Of a DNA stretch of 64,000 bases, positions 53,389-64,000 are shown piece by piece; positions within the stretch are counted from its first letter, which is position 1; each line of letters starts with the position of its first letter. Source of the DNA: Eledone cirrhosa. Lineage: Eukaryota. The translations under genes were made by a program, and so were the position numbers. The stretch is taken from the NCBI GenBank assembly GCA_964016885.1, contig OZ024741.1, positions 374,914,001 through 374,978,000 of the forward strand. The letters run 5' to 3'. The notes under the pieces were generated by a model. It had not been told where the DNA came from. It did not search any database and worked only from the letters and a program-made list of their open reading frames with translations.

Positions 53389-54055
53389 GCGCGCGCAGAG
53401 AGAGAGAGAGAGAGAGAGAGAGCAGCAAGCTAGCACCTGATGACTCGACACTGTTGTCAGAAAATTGTAAAGAATTATAGTGAAATGAGACTAGTTTCAC
53501 TTGATAAATTCATCTAAAATCTCAATTCTAGTGGCAAAAAACACCCTGGAGAAGATCTTCAGGTGAAGTCTTCAAGAGAAGGTCTTCAGAGAAGAAACCC
53601 GCCTCAAGCAAGTGCTTCGGTCCTAAACTTGTTGATAATAATTTCTAATTTAAGTTTTAGGCCAATTAATTTTTTCTAATATTGTGGCTAAGTGAAAATC
53701 GATTAAATTGACCCCAATACTTCACTAGTACTTTATTTTATCGACCTTGGAAGAATGAAACGCAAAGTTGATCTCGCAGAATTTGAAACCAGAACTTAGA
53801 GGGACCGTAATGAAATACTTAAATGCATTTCACCAATATTTTATCTAATTTTGGCACAAAGCCAGAAATGTTTTGGTGCGTGGCAAGTCGATTATACCGA
53901 TCCCACTACTTGACTGGCACTTTTTCTATCGACCCCAGAAGGATGAAAGATAAATCCCTCAGAGGGATTTGAACTCAAAACGTAAAGAGCTGAAACAAAT
54001 ACTGCTAGCTAAGCGTTTGTCCGACGCTCTAAAGATACAGCCAATCCACTGCCCT
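53090..54055 (-). mobile_element. Cluster of three SINE family A copies (53090-53270, 53640-53830, 53845-54055)
   Basis: Each has (g)gatttgaa(c)(t)ca and tcgac..gaaggatgaaag motifs. Confidence 0.75.
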
Positions 54056-54388
54056 TCTAGAATCTAGATAAGTCTTGGTTAAAATGGGGCTTGTTTGGCT
54101 TTCTGAATTGGACAATATATTTTAAAAGCACCTTGGACTTGTTTTTAGTAGTACGGCTTACCTTATGACGAATCATATCTTATGCGGTCCACTGTTCGAA
54201 AAATGTTGACCTTGCCTGATCTACTAGGCTCAGCTAAAAAGTTTATAGGCTGACCAAGATACTCTCATGGACTGACCAAATGAGGTTTAATCTTCAAAAT
54301 AGTCCCTGGAAAGAAACAATGCACTTATTAATAAGAAGAGTTGAAATTAATGCATGCAATATTTCACAGCTCTAGCATCACTCCTACC

Positions 54389-54431
<43 letters not shown>

Positions 54432-54883
54432 CGTAGGACTTACCTCGCCCTCAAACCCCATAATGACCGGGGGGGGGGGGGGGGGGGCAAGGGCTGTAAC
54501 ATCCCACTTGCCGACTTTGTAATGGGTAACTCCTGCTTGCAAAGGTAGACGCAAGATTTTCTCATATCTTTTTATCGTTTCCTCTATATTTCCTTCTTCC
54601 TCCCATCCCTTCTTAGTCCTTCCACCCCAGTTCCCCCTCTTTGTCGTCGTCCTTTTCACTTTCCCGCCCACCATGAGGCAGCCCTTCGGTCCTTTGTAGC
54701 CTCAGTACCCCCACCACCAACCCCTATTATATGATAGAATTGGCCGACTCCGCTTTTTATAGCAGATGTGATAGACCCCAGAATTTCATAGACCCCAGAA
54801 TTCATTTCTCACTCTTAGTACGGCTGTTACTTAAATATAAGTATGTATACGTACATACATATATGTATACAGGCGTACAGTAG

Positions 54884-54941
<58 letters not shown>

Positions 54942-55085
54942 CATGCACACACATATATATATGTACGTATGGATTCACCGAACATTTATTATAATGCTCG
55001 GTGTGTTTGTAAACAAACATCCCGAATTAAGCCGTACAGTGTCTAGCAACCATCGTTTCTCATTTGTTCAACATTGACAAAGGAA

Positions 55086-55126
55086 TGCTGTACTAGTTTC
55101 AAGCTTATTAGCTATCGTCAGCAACG
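55086..55126 (-). ncRNA. Minimal type I hammerhead ribozyme (unit 1)
   Basis: Reverse complement: cgttg-CTGACGA-t AGC taataa GCT t-GAAAC TA GTA-cagca. Confidence 0.82.
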
Positions 55127-55517
55127 TATACCTTCCTGCCAGATGGTTGAAAGTCTGAAAGTATATACTTTCCTTATGCATATTAACGGCTGGGCAGCCT
55201 AATTTGCATATCGAGTGAGTTAATCGGCCAGGGTACCGAAAACGATAAACGGAAAAAATGAAACGAAATTTCATTTCTCACTCTTAGTACGGCTGTTACT
55301 TAAATATAAGTAAGTATACGTACATACATATATGTATACAGACGTACAGTAGTATGTATATATATATATATATAGATGCACACATATATATATATGTACG
55401 TATGGATTCACCGAACATTTATTATAATCCTCGGTGTGTTTGTAAAAAACATCCCGAATTAAGCCGTACAGTGTCTAGCAACCATCGTTGCTCATTTGTT
55501 CAACACTGACAAAGGAA

Positions 55518-55558
55518 CGCTGTACTAGTTTCAAGCTTATTAGCTATCATCAGCAACG
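55518..55558 (-). ncRNA. Minimal type I hammerhead ribozyme (unit 2)
   Basis: Reverse complement: cgttg-CTGATGA-t AGC taataa GCT t-GAAAC TA GTA-cagcg. Confidence 0.85.
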
Positions 55559-55679
55559 TATACCTTCCTGCCAGATGGTTGAACGTCTGATGGTTGAACG
55601 TCTGATGGTTGAACGTCTGATGGTTGAGTGAGAAATGAAATACTAAGAGTGAGAAATGAAATTTCGTTTCATTTTTTCC

Positions 55680-55709
<30 letters not shown>

Positions 55710-55729
<20 letters not shown>

Positions 55730-56291
55730 CTGAGGATGTCTGTCTTTGAATCCCTAAAACTAGAGAAGCACCCACCCGACTGTTTTCAAACTTTACACAT
55801 GTAATACTTATGTTTCAGGGAATGTTCTGAGAAAAGAAATTTCAAATTTTCAATGCTCTACTGACCGCATTAGGCGATTTAGCGATCTCTCTCTATAATT
55901 CTTAGTCTTTCTCATTTTAGATAGATACATACATATAACGTCGCGCCCTTATAATATCTGTCTGTATGTCTTGCTGTCTGCATTAGGTCACTTCCTACAA
56001 TTCGCTCTGCGTCCAGAACGCGCCCTTATAATATCCGTCTGTATGTGAGGCTGTCTGCTGCATCCGGTTATTCTGCCACCCTTGCTCAAGACAAATCTCA
56101 CACTCATTCCACAAACAGTTGGTAAGTGCACACAACTTCTTCCTCACGTTTTAAGCCACAGTGTTGCTTATTTACGTACCACCAGACCCTTACTTCTTTG
56201 CCAGCCGTGGTTGTGGCAATACTAAGCTTAGCTAAGGCAGTTATATATTTCACAATACCTTATCCCGTGCAACGCCGGGTACCACTGCTAG
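55710..56291 (+). mobile_element. Non-autonomous Helitron
   Basis: Typical start tatataaaaa..gatgtctgtc; 3' hairpin cccgtgcaacgccggg followed by taccactgCTAG|T. Confidence 0.75.
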
Positions 56292-56368
56292 TATATGATA
56301 AAAATAATAATTTGGACGAGGTGTTAAATTTTCATTACATTTATTGAGGTACACACACGCACGCACGC

Positions 56369-56415
<47 letters not shown>

Positions 56416-57081
56416 GGAGGGTCGGCTGAAAAGTTTAAAGGCTGACCAAGATACTCTTATGGAATGACAAAATGAGGTTCATTTTTCAACATAGATACTG
56501 AAAAGAAACAATACAATTATTAATGAAGAAGAGTTCAAATTTGAACACATGCAAGATTTCACAGCACTAGCATCAACTCCTTTATAGTCAGCCTATGAAA
56601 TTTTCCATCGATCCTTGTAGATAATGTTAGTGATATCAGTTCTTTACAGTGCATTATATAATATTAACTTGCTTCATTGTTGATAGATACAGATGTGTCA
56701 TATTATATATTGTGCGGAGAAAGAATAAATTGGAAACTCAATCCTCGGCCATTATGCTACTTATTAACCGTCTCTGAAATAAACACAATATGGCAGCGAA
56801 CAATAAAACAAACATACAGCACACACACACACACACACACGCGCGCGCGCGTGCAACCCCCCCACACATACACGAACATACATACAAACACATACACACA
56901 CATACACACACATACACATACACACACACAGACATATATATATCAGAATGGAGGCGGTAAAAACCAGTCAGACCATTACTAGTAGTGTGGGTAATATGAA
57001 ACATTCAGGACCCCGACGGCTGAGCTCCGGCCGTTTCAACAGCTAGATCCGAACTGAAGTGCCGGTATTCGGTCCCGAATT

Positions 57082-57119
<38 letters not shown>

Positions 57120-57326
57120 CGTTTCTGAATTTGTTTAGCAAGATTCTTTATCTGAAAACGTGTGTTGAAACCGATATTGTTATACTTTGGGAGGGTCATG
57201 TTGCCAATAAGAAACACACGCACCAGTTGCTTTCACTTCAATTTATTATAATAAATTTATAAATTTAGGAATTTATAAATTTCCGGTTGGTTGGTTGGTT
57301 CCACAGCCAGATGATTGTTTATATAT

Positions 57327-57372
57327 TGTCAAATGTCTTTCGTCACACATTATGTGACCTCTTCAGTGACTG
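57327..57372 (-). ncRNA. Minimal type I hammerhead ribozyme (left arm)
   Basis: Reverse complement: agtca-CTGAAGA-g GTCACA taatg TGTGAC-GAAA gaca TT-tgac. Confidence 0.72.
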
Positions 57373-57482
57373 AGGGTTCTTTTCTTTGTTTTTGTGCCTC
57401 TCCTTTGTACTGTCCTACGCCATCTTGTTTTTGGCGTAGGACAGAACAAACGATAGGTACAAAAACAAAGAAAAGAATCCCC

Positions 57483-57526
57483 AGTCACTGAAGAGGTCAC
57501 AGAATGTGTGACGAAAGAACTTTGAC
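57483..57526 (+). ncRNA. Minimal type I hammerhead ribozyme (right arm)
   Basis: agtca-CTGAAGA-g GTCACA gaatg TGTGAC-GAAA G aa C TT-tgac. Confidence 0.82.
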
Positions 57527-57723
57527 AATATATAAACAATCATCTGGCTGTGGAACCAACCAACCAACCGGAAATTTATAAATTCCTAAATTTATAAATT
57601 TATTATAATAAATTGAAGTGAAAGCAACTGGTGCGTGTGTTTCTTATTGGCAACATGACCCTCCCAAAGTATAACAATATATATATGAATGAAAAATGGT
57701 GTGCTGTGTTGTTGCGAATGTGA

Positions 57724-57998
57724 TACATATGAATTAAAAAATAGAGCAAGAAACCAGGACTATCCGTCATCAGTGATCTTCTGACTATCATCGGTATTTC
57801 TTCATCGGTATTTCTTCGCATTAAAGACCAGTGTCTCTCTTTCTCCACCCAATTCTTTTTATCCCAATAAGTTATTTTAGTTATTGTTCGCGCTGGCTTG
57901 AGCTATCTGGTCTTTAATGCGAAGAAATACCGATGACAGCCAGAAGATCACCGATGACGGATAGTCCTGGTTTCTTGGTCTATTTTCTAATTCATATA
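57724..57998. repeat. Fold-back inverted repeat (about 90-105-bp arms)
   Basis: atatgaatta.aaaataga.caagaaaccaggactatccgtcatc...cgcattaaagaccag pairs with ctggtctttaatgcg...gatgacggatagtcctggtttcttg.tctatttt.taattcatat. Confidence 0.85.
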
Positions 57999-58189
57999 TA
58001 TATATATAGTTATGTAATAAACAACATAAGATAATTATTTCATTTACCAGTGGTTTCTTGAAAGCAAACAAAATTTGCTTTCAGTCATCAGAATGAAAAA
58101 ATCCTGGAATTTTTCATTCAGACTAATAAGCTCTGTAACCTACATAGAGCACTCTTTTTTCCTGGACTTTTCTGACGGAATTACTTCAC

Positions 58190-58224
<35 letters not shown>

Positions 58225-58233
58225 CACACACAC

Positions 58234-58316
<83 letters not shown>

Positions 58317-58419
58317 GTATGTACGTATGTGTGTAAAAAGTAAACAGAAATAACAACACAATCGGTACACTATATGAAAGGAATATATTAGGTTAACGCT
58401 TGAAATAGCAGGAAGAGGG

Positions 58420-58455
58420 TCTTGACGTTTCGGACGCTAGTCCTTCACCAGAAGA
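58420..58455 (-). ncRNA. Minimal type I hammerhead ribozyme, A6G mutant copy
   Basis: Reverse complement: tctt-CTGGTGA-a GGAC tagc GTCC-GAAAC GTC-aaga; element family 58325-58475 / 62655-62800. Confidence 0.7.
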
Positions 58456-58879
58456 AAGAATGAGAAATAAGAATCACGTATACATACATACACACACGAA
58501 CATACACACGACACAAATACAGACATACATATTCACACGCGCACACACATATACACACATACTCACACACACTTATACACACATAATCACACATATACAC
58601 AAAGACATACATACACACACATACATACTACACGCATACATACTTACACACTCACACTTACGCCCGTACTCACATACATACACTCACAAATATATACACA
58701 CATATACATACACACTCACACTCGCATGCACACACACATACAGACAAACATACACACACACTCACCCTCATGTATTTACACACACATGCTCCACAAACGA
58801 ACCTAACCACCTTACATATCGGACTCACTGTCACGTGATCCACCCTCTAAAACTATTACAAAAATATTAACCTTTAGGA

Positions 58880-59130
58880 TAGTAGATTCCAGCTTGTGGC
58901 CCGCGGAACCCCTGGGCCTACAAAAGTAGTCATGTTTGGGGTTCGTAGGGAAATAGATTTAAATAAACCCTTGGGGATCCAGCCGGATCAGTTGGAGACA
59001 GTTGCTTCTGGCAGAATCTGCTGGAGGGAGTGTTTGAGGACTCTACCCCCACGACCCTCTCAGGAAGAAGAAGAAGAAGAAGAAGAAGAAGAAGAAGAAG
59101 AAGAAGAAGAAGAAGAAGAAGAAGAAGAAG
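58880..59130 (+). mobile_element. RTE-like LINE 3' end with (GAA)n tail
   Basis: Peptide LGIQPDQLETVASGRICWRE followed by about 22 GAA units. Confidence 0.6.
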
Positions 59131-61087
59131 ATTACAATAACCTTTCTCACAGCATTACTAGATATAGCCAAAACCTGCTATCAAATATGCATTTACATTT
59201 AAAAAGAGTTCTCTTTAAAAAAGACAAACTAACAGTAACAATCTCCATATTGGCCAAGCAACGTTAAGAAGCTTCGTCTTATATACCATATTCCCCTCAA
59301 CAATATCAATAGTTTCTCACAAAAGGTCCAGTTCCTCTGTACTATCTACATTACCTCAATGATAATCATTCAACACAAAGAATATGATGACTAAAATCTA
59401 CTGATTATTACCATAAAGCTTTCAATCAGGCAATATAAGATGATCGTATCATTTAGTTACTTACTAGATGACAAAATAGATGCAATATGGCTGCTGTTGT
59501 ACTGCATACGTCCAACAAACGGTGGAGTTTACAGTTGTATTCAGTTGAACAATGCTATACCACGATTCTCTGAATAAGTCACCAACTTGATACCGATCCA
59601 AGGATTCCATTTCCCAACGAAGAATTCATTATTTTGGGGATTTAACGGGAATAGAACAATATTCTAGTACAAAATTCGAGCAACTGAGAATTTAGAGCAG
59701 TTTTCAAGTAAATCTTAACTTATTAACATGTATGTAGTCGGTGGAAATTGCGACTGAAAAAAGATCTACATTTTTAGGTACTAGAATTTTTTTCAACACG
59801 CTGGCACGTATGTGTATATGTGTGTGGGTGTGTATGTGCATATGCATATATTTATATGTATCAGTATATAAATATAACCGCGCAAACACAGATTCACAAA
59901 AATACACACTCACAGACATACATACACACAAATACACATACATTCACACAAACACACACATACATTCATACAAACACACACACATACATTTACACAAACA
60001 CACACATACACAAACACACTCATACATATCGTAACAAATAGAACGCCGGCCGCTGTTTTGCTATAGTTTGTTCACCATCCCCTTCCTTCTCTTTACATAC
60101 ACATACATTCAAACACATACACACACATTGTGCGACGGACGGAAGTCGCTCAAATTTATATATAAATTGTACAAGTGTATTTTTGTAAACAACTTGAATA
60201 TAAAATAAGTGTTCTATGGTCGTGTAGTTAATAAGTTCGCTTCAAAATGAGATGATTCCTGGATTGATCCCACTGTGTGACTACACCGACAAGCAACAGT
60301 CAACACTCTCCATGATGTTTGTTGGTCTCAGTCTCAGCTCAACACCTGACCTTGTAATGACGGCCTACCTTTCATCTAGCGTCTCCAGTCACGCCCTCAT
60401 CCATGAAACTCTCCGCAAAACCTCACGGAACCTATGTGGACTGAGAACTCAAATCTGTTATTGTCGTCCGGATTTGCGATGGCGATGACCTCACTGTCCT
60501 TCACTAAGTAGGATACTAAAAGACAAAGATCTTTGATTAATGAATTGAGAATAAAACTCAACGACAAGATTAACGTTGGCATGATAAAGGGTTGTAGATT
60601 TGAACATTTGACAACTGATATTGACATGTCAACTTCGTATGCCACGGTGTATTAACATACATTTTATACGATCAATAAATCTATTATTTACAGAGTCAAC
60701 TGATTTGCGCACATGATGTGTCATGCTGAAACAGCAGAGAGCTGCGATATAATACATATTCAGATCATTTAGATTATAATGAAGATTTGAAACATTTAGA
60801 TAGTGTCCTGTTACTGGCTTCGGTAGCACACTGAGAGCTGGACTTATCAAATAGGAAATCATACAAGAAAAAGGTGTCGCTACATCAAACAAGCTTTTAG
60901 TTATGATTAAAGTCTGTAGACACAAAGTTAAAATACGCCTTTCTTCCGTGTGTTTGTTTGCATTCTTAAATCATTCCTATTTCCGTTTGTCACCACGATT
61001 TCTTCCTTTACATATACGCGTCCAACAACAACAACAACGAAAACACACACACACACACACACACACACGCGCGCGCGCTCACGCACG

Positions 61088-61166
<79 letters not shown>

Positions 61167-61179
61167 ACGTACACACACA

Positions 61180-61248
<69 letters not shown>

Positions 61249-61730
61249 TTATAAATACATACATGTCGACCCTTGGAAATAAAATCAAACATACATTTCT
61301 CTCAGCAGAAAATCACACAATGTGAAGGAGCGCCGTCTCGACAGCAGGGCGGCTAATATCTAACGATTCATCATTGCAGACATCGATATTTATGAAAGAT
61401 AATCGATATGTTGACATAAGTGAATGGCTAAAAAGGAGTTGATTTTCTACGTAAGACGACAATTTGACTGCAACTTCAACGGTAAGTCTACTTTATTTTT
61501 TCTCTCTAACTTAATCTTTCTTTTTACACCAAGATTAGTTTTGTTCACTCACAGCGTTTTAATAAAATTTTTCAGATTTTCTCACTTTGTACGACTACAG
61601 AAACTTCTTGGCCATGTGTAAGGTGACAAATAAGTTAATCTATATATATTTATGTAAAACATATTTCCATCAAACAACCCTAAAACCTCAGCCATTCGTA
61701 ACTTATGAACTACAAATGATTTACTGGGGT

Positions 61731-61807
<77 letters not shown>

Positions 61808-61944
61808 GTAGAATAATCGAGTATCGAAAAATCGGCGCACGAGTTCACGATAAACAAAATTCGATATGAGCGGCAGAGGGCTCAATAATTTTATATATAT
61901 ACATATGCATACATACACACATATGCATGAGCATATATAAATAA

Positions 61945-62042
<98 letters not shown>

Positions 62043-62470
62043 ATGTATATATATATATATATGTATATAGGTTTAATTTTACTACTAATTATGTGCGGTT
62101 GATGGTATATTTGATCGGATTCCGCATGCTGCCGAAATGTTTGATAAATAGTGGAACGGAGCTGCCGCGAAGAGGCCACGATCGATTGTTTGTCAGGGAT
62201 TTCCCCGTAAGAAAATTTATTCTTAAAGCTTGCTAGATTTGATTTTGTATATGGTTAATTATGCTAATTAGAGGAAGAAATAGTATATATTTTAATATCT
62301 GATTGATTCTTTAGACATGATTTATGATATATATATATATATATATATATAATTAGAAAGTGAGGTCTTTTTACAAAATGAAAAATAACCGAGGTGTATA
62401 AGGAAAAAAAGATGAAATCGAAAATGCAACTGGAGTCTTATTTAAAAATATATATATATATTTATTTGGT

Positions 62471-62510
62471 TCCTTTACCAGTTTCGCAGTTCTTCTGCTT
62501 TTCAAAAGTA
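62471..62510 (-). ncRNA. Minimal type I hammerhead ribozyme, U3-A8 variant (second copy of the 10328 family)
   Basis: Reverse complement: ctt-TTGAAAA-GCAG aagaa CTGC-GAAAC TG GTA-aag. Confidence 0.68.
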
Positions 62511-62539
62511 GAGTTGAGATGGAGGGTCTGTGGTTTTTC

Positions 62540-62583
<44 letters not shown>

Positions 62584-62670
62584 AACATGAATGGACCTGT
62601 CATTTTTATCTAAAGACATTTTTCCTATTCCACCCCACCATCTCTTCAATCTATCTTATTTCTCATTCTT

Positions 62671-62706
62671 TCTTCTGATGAAGGACTAGCGTCCAAAACA
62701 TTAAAA
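62671..62706 (+). ncRNA. Minimal type I hammerhead ribozyme, G12A mutant copy
   Basis: tctt-CTGATGA-a GGAC tagc GTCC-AAAAC ATT-aaaa; sister copy of 58420-58455. Confidence 0.6.
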
Positions 62707-62794
62707 CCCTCTTCCTGCTATTTGCTATTTCAAGCGTTAACCTAATATATTCCTTGCATATACTGTACCGATTGTGTTGTTATTTCTGTTTACC

Positions 62795-62948
<154 letters not shown>

Positions 62949-63029
62949 ATTGTTATACTTTAGGAGAGTCATGCTGCCAATAAAAACACACGCACTAGTT
63001 CGGTTTTATTACTAGTCCTATAATAACGT

Positions 63030-63190
63030 GCTGGGTTAGCAGAATTAGTAGAGAATAGGATAAAATCTCCTGAGGTATTGCATACTGAACTGGGTCGATA
63101 AAATAAGATAGCAGTTAAATACTGGGATTCATTTAATCAGTTTTGCCATCTCCCGAATTCGCTGACCTTCTGCCTAAATCAGAAAACATT
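63030..63190 (+). mobile_element. SINE family A, degenerate and internally deleted
   Basis: ttagcagaattagtagag ... gggtcgataaaataag .. ctgaccttctgcctaaatcagaaa. Confidence 0.55.
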
Positions 63191-63477
63191 CAGCTAACTA
63201 ATCCATTCCTCTATTATTTTAGTAACACAACAGTTATATAATTGTCAAAGATTTTCTTCACATATTGATATTATCTACGACTATTCGTATTCCTTTGAGG
63301 CCTCTCTTCGTTTTCATTTTGTTTTATTTACTCCATCTTATCTTACTGTGGTTACTAAACTAACCAAAGCATAGATTAGTTGCGTGACTAATAATAAAAC
63401 CGAAGTGAAACATAACTTGTGCATAACGGTAGCATGACCCTCTCAAAGTATAACAATAAAAGATAGTATATTCACAG

Positions 63478-63750
63478 ACATTCTATGAAGAACCGTAGAC
63501 TAGAAAACACAACAACGCTGGCCAATAAAATCTGGCAGCTTAAAGACACAAACCAAGAATACGGGATTAGCTGGTCGAAATTATCGGGAGCAAAGGCCAC
63601 AGAAATGGAATGTCCCACTGCGGACTTTGCAATACGGAGCTGTTCTATATTTTAAAGTATGGCAAAATGTTGCTTAACAGCAAAATAGAACGATTAATTT
63701 TCTGTAGGCACAAAGCAGCTACTAAATTCGCAAATTTCAAACCAACATAA
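63478..63750 (+). mobile_element. Penelope GIY-YIG endonuclease C-terminal fragment (frameshifted)
   Basis: Manual translation HSMKNRRLENTTTLANKIWQLKD..YGISW..., CGLCNTELFYILK..LLNSKIE..CRHK..KFANFKPT* is homologous to the end of the 29358 ORF. Confidence 0.75.
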
Positions 63751-64000
63751 TTCGATCCAGCAATCCCATAATTCAAGCTGAACAACCCAGAGTCTATTAT
63801 AATAACTACATAGCAACCCACTATTATTAACTGTCAACAGACCAACTAATCACTAAATCAACATCATAAACTTCCTAACCTTTCTTTCACTTTCTTTCAC
63901 TCCCTCCCCCTAAAGCTATTTCACCTCTTCCCTTGTATCCTATCCTGTATCTATTAACCTCTAACCTAACTTCTAATTTATTAATTTATCTTTTATAAGT

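Larger units (their letters stand above)
54799..55686 (-). mobile_element. Tandem direct repeat (2 x about 430-470 bp) with one HHR per unit plus a terminal inverted fragment; retrozyme/pLTR-like
   Basis: 54801-55269 is repeated from 55270; 55646-55686 is the reverse complement of 55245-55285. Confidence 0.8.
57117..57680. mobile_element. Penelope-like element as an inverted duplication (about 250-bp arms), each arm with an HHR
   Basis: 57174-57420 is inverted at 57436-57680; same family as 44560-44960. Confidence 0.85.

Noticed and set aside
53433-53475. CTGATGA ctc GACA ctgt TGTC a GAAAATTGTA as a hammerhead
   Set aside because: No convincing stem I or stem III; at best a heavily decayed copy.
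59063-59130. Poly-Glu protein segment
   Set aside because: (GAA)n tail of a LINE fragment.

Overview
AT-rich, microsatellite-saturated animal genomic DNA. The SINE and microsatellite landscape looks like octopus or another coleoid cephalopod (inference). There is one real host gene: a Shaw/Kv3-family voltage-gated K+ channel on the + strand with two coding exons (15382-15948 and 40200-41441, about 602 aa, 24.2-kb phase-0 intron). Its S6 gate is atypical (TVP instead of PVP). The rest is mobile-element debris: a decayed autonomous Helitron, non-autonomous Helitrons, R4/Dong-, Tx1/L1-, RTE- and CRE-like LINE fragments, two Penelope GIY-YIG remnants, a hAT pseudo-transposase, MITEs and many tRNA-derived SINEs. 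The most striking hidden signal, read by eye, is at least 14 minimal type I hammerhead ribozyme (HHR) motifs from about nine unrelated short element families. These families sit in (TA)n tracts and are arranged as tandem or inverted (fold-back) repeats. They include U3-A8 compensatory core variants, giant stem II insertions, a tandem two-HHR retrozyme-like unit (432 nt between cleavage sites), and sense-strand copies in the intron and probable 3' UTR of the K+ channel. Almost all [12 protein letters not shown] ORFs in the ORF track are microsatellite artefacts.
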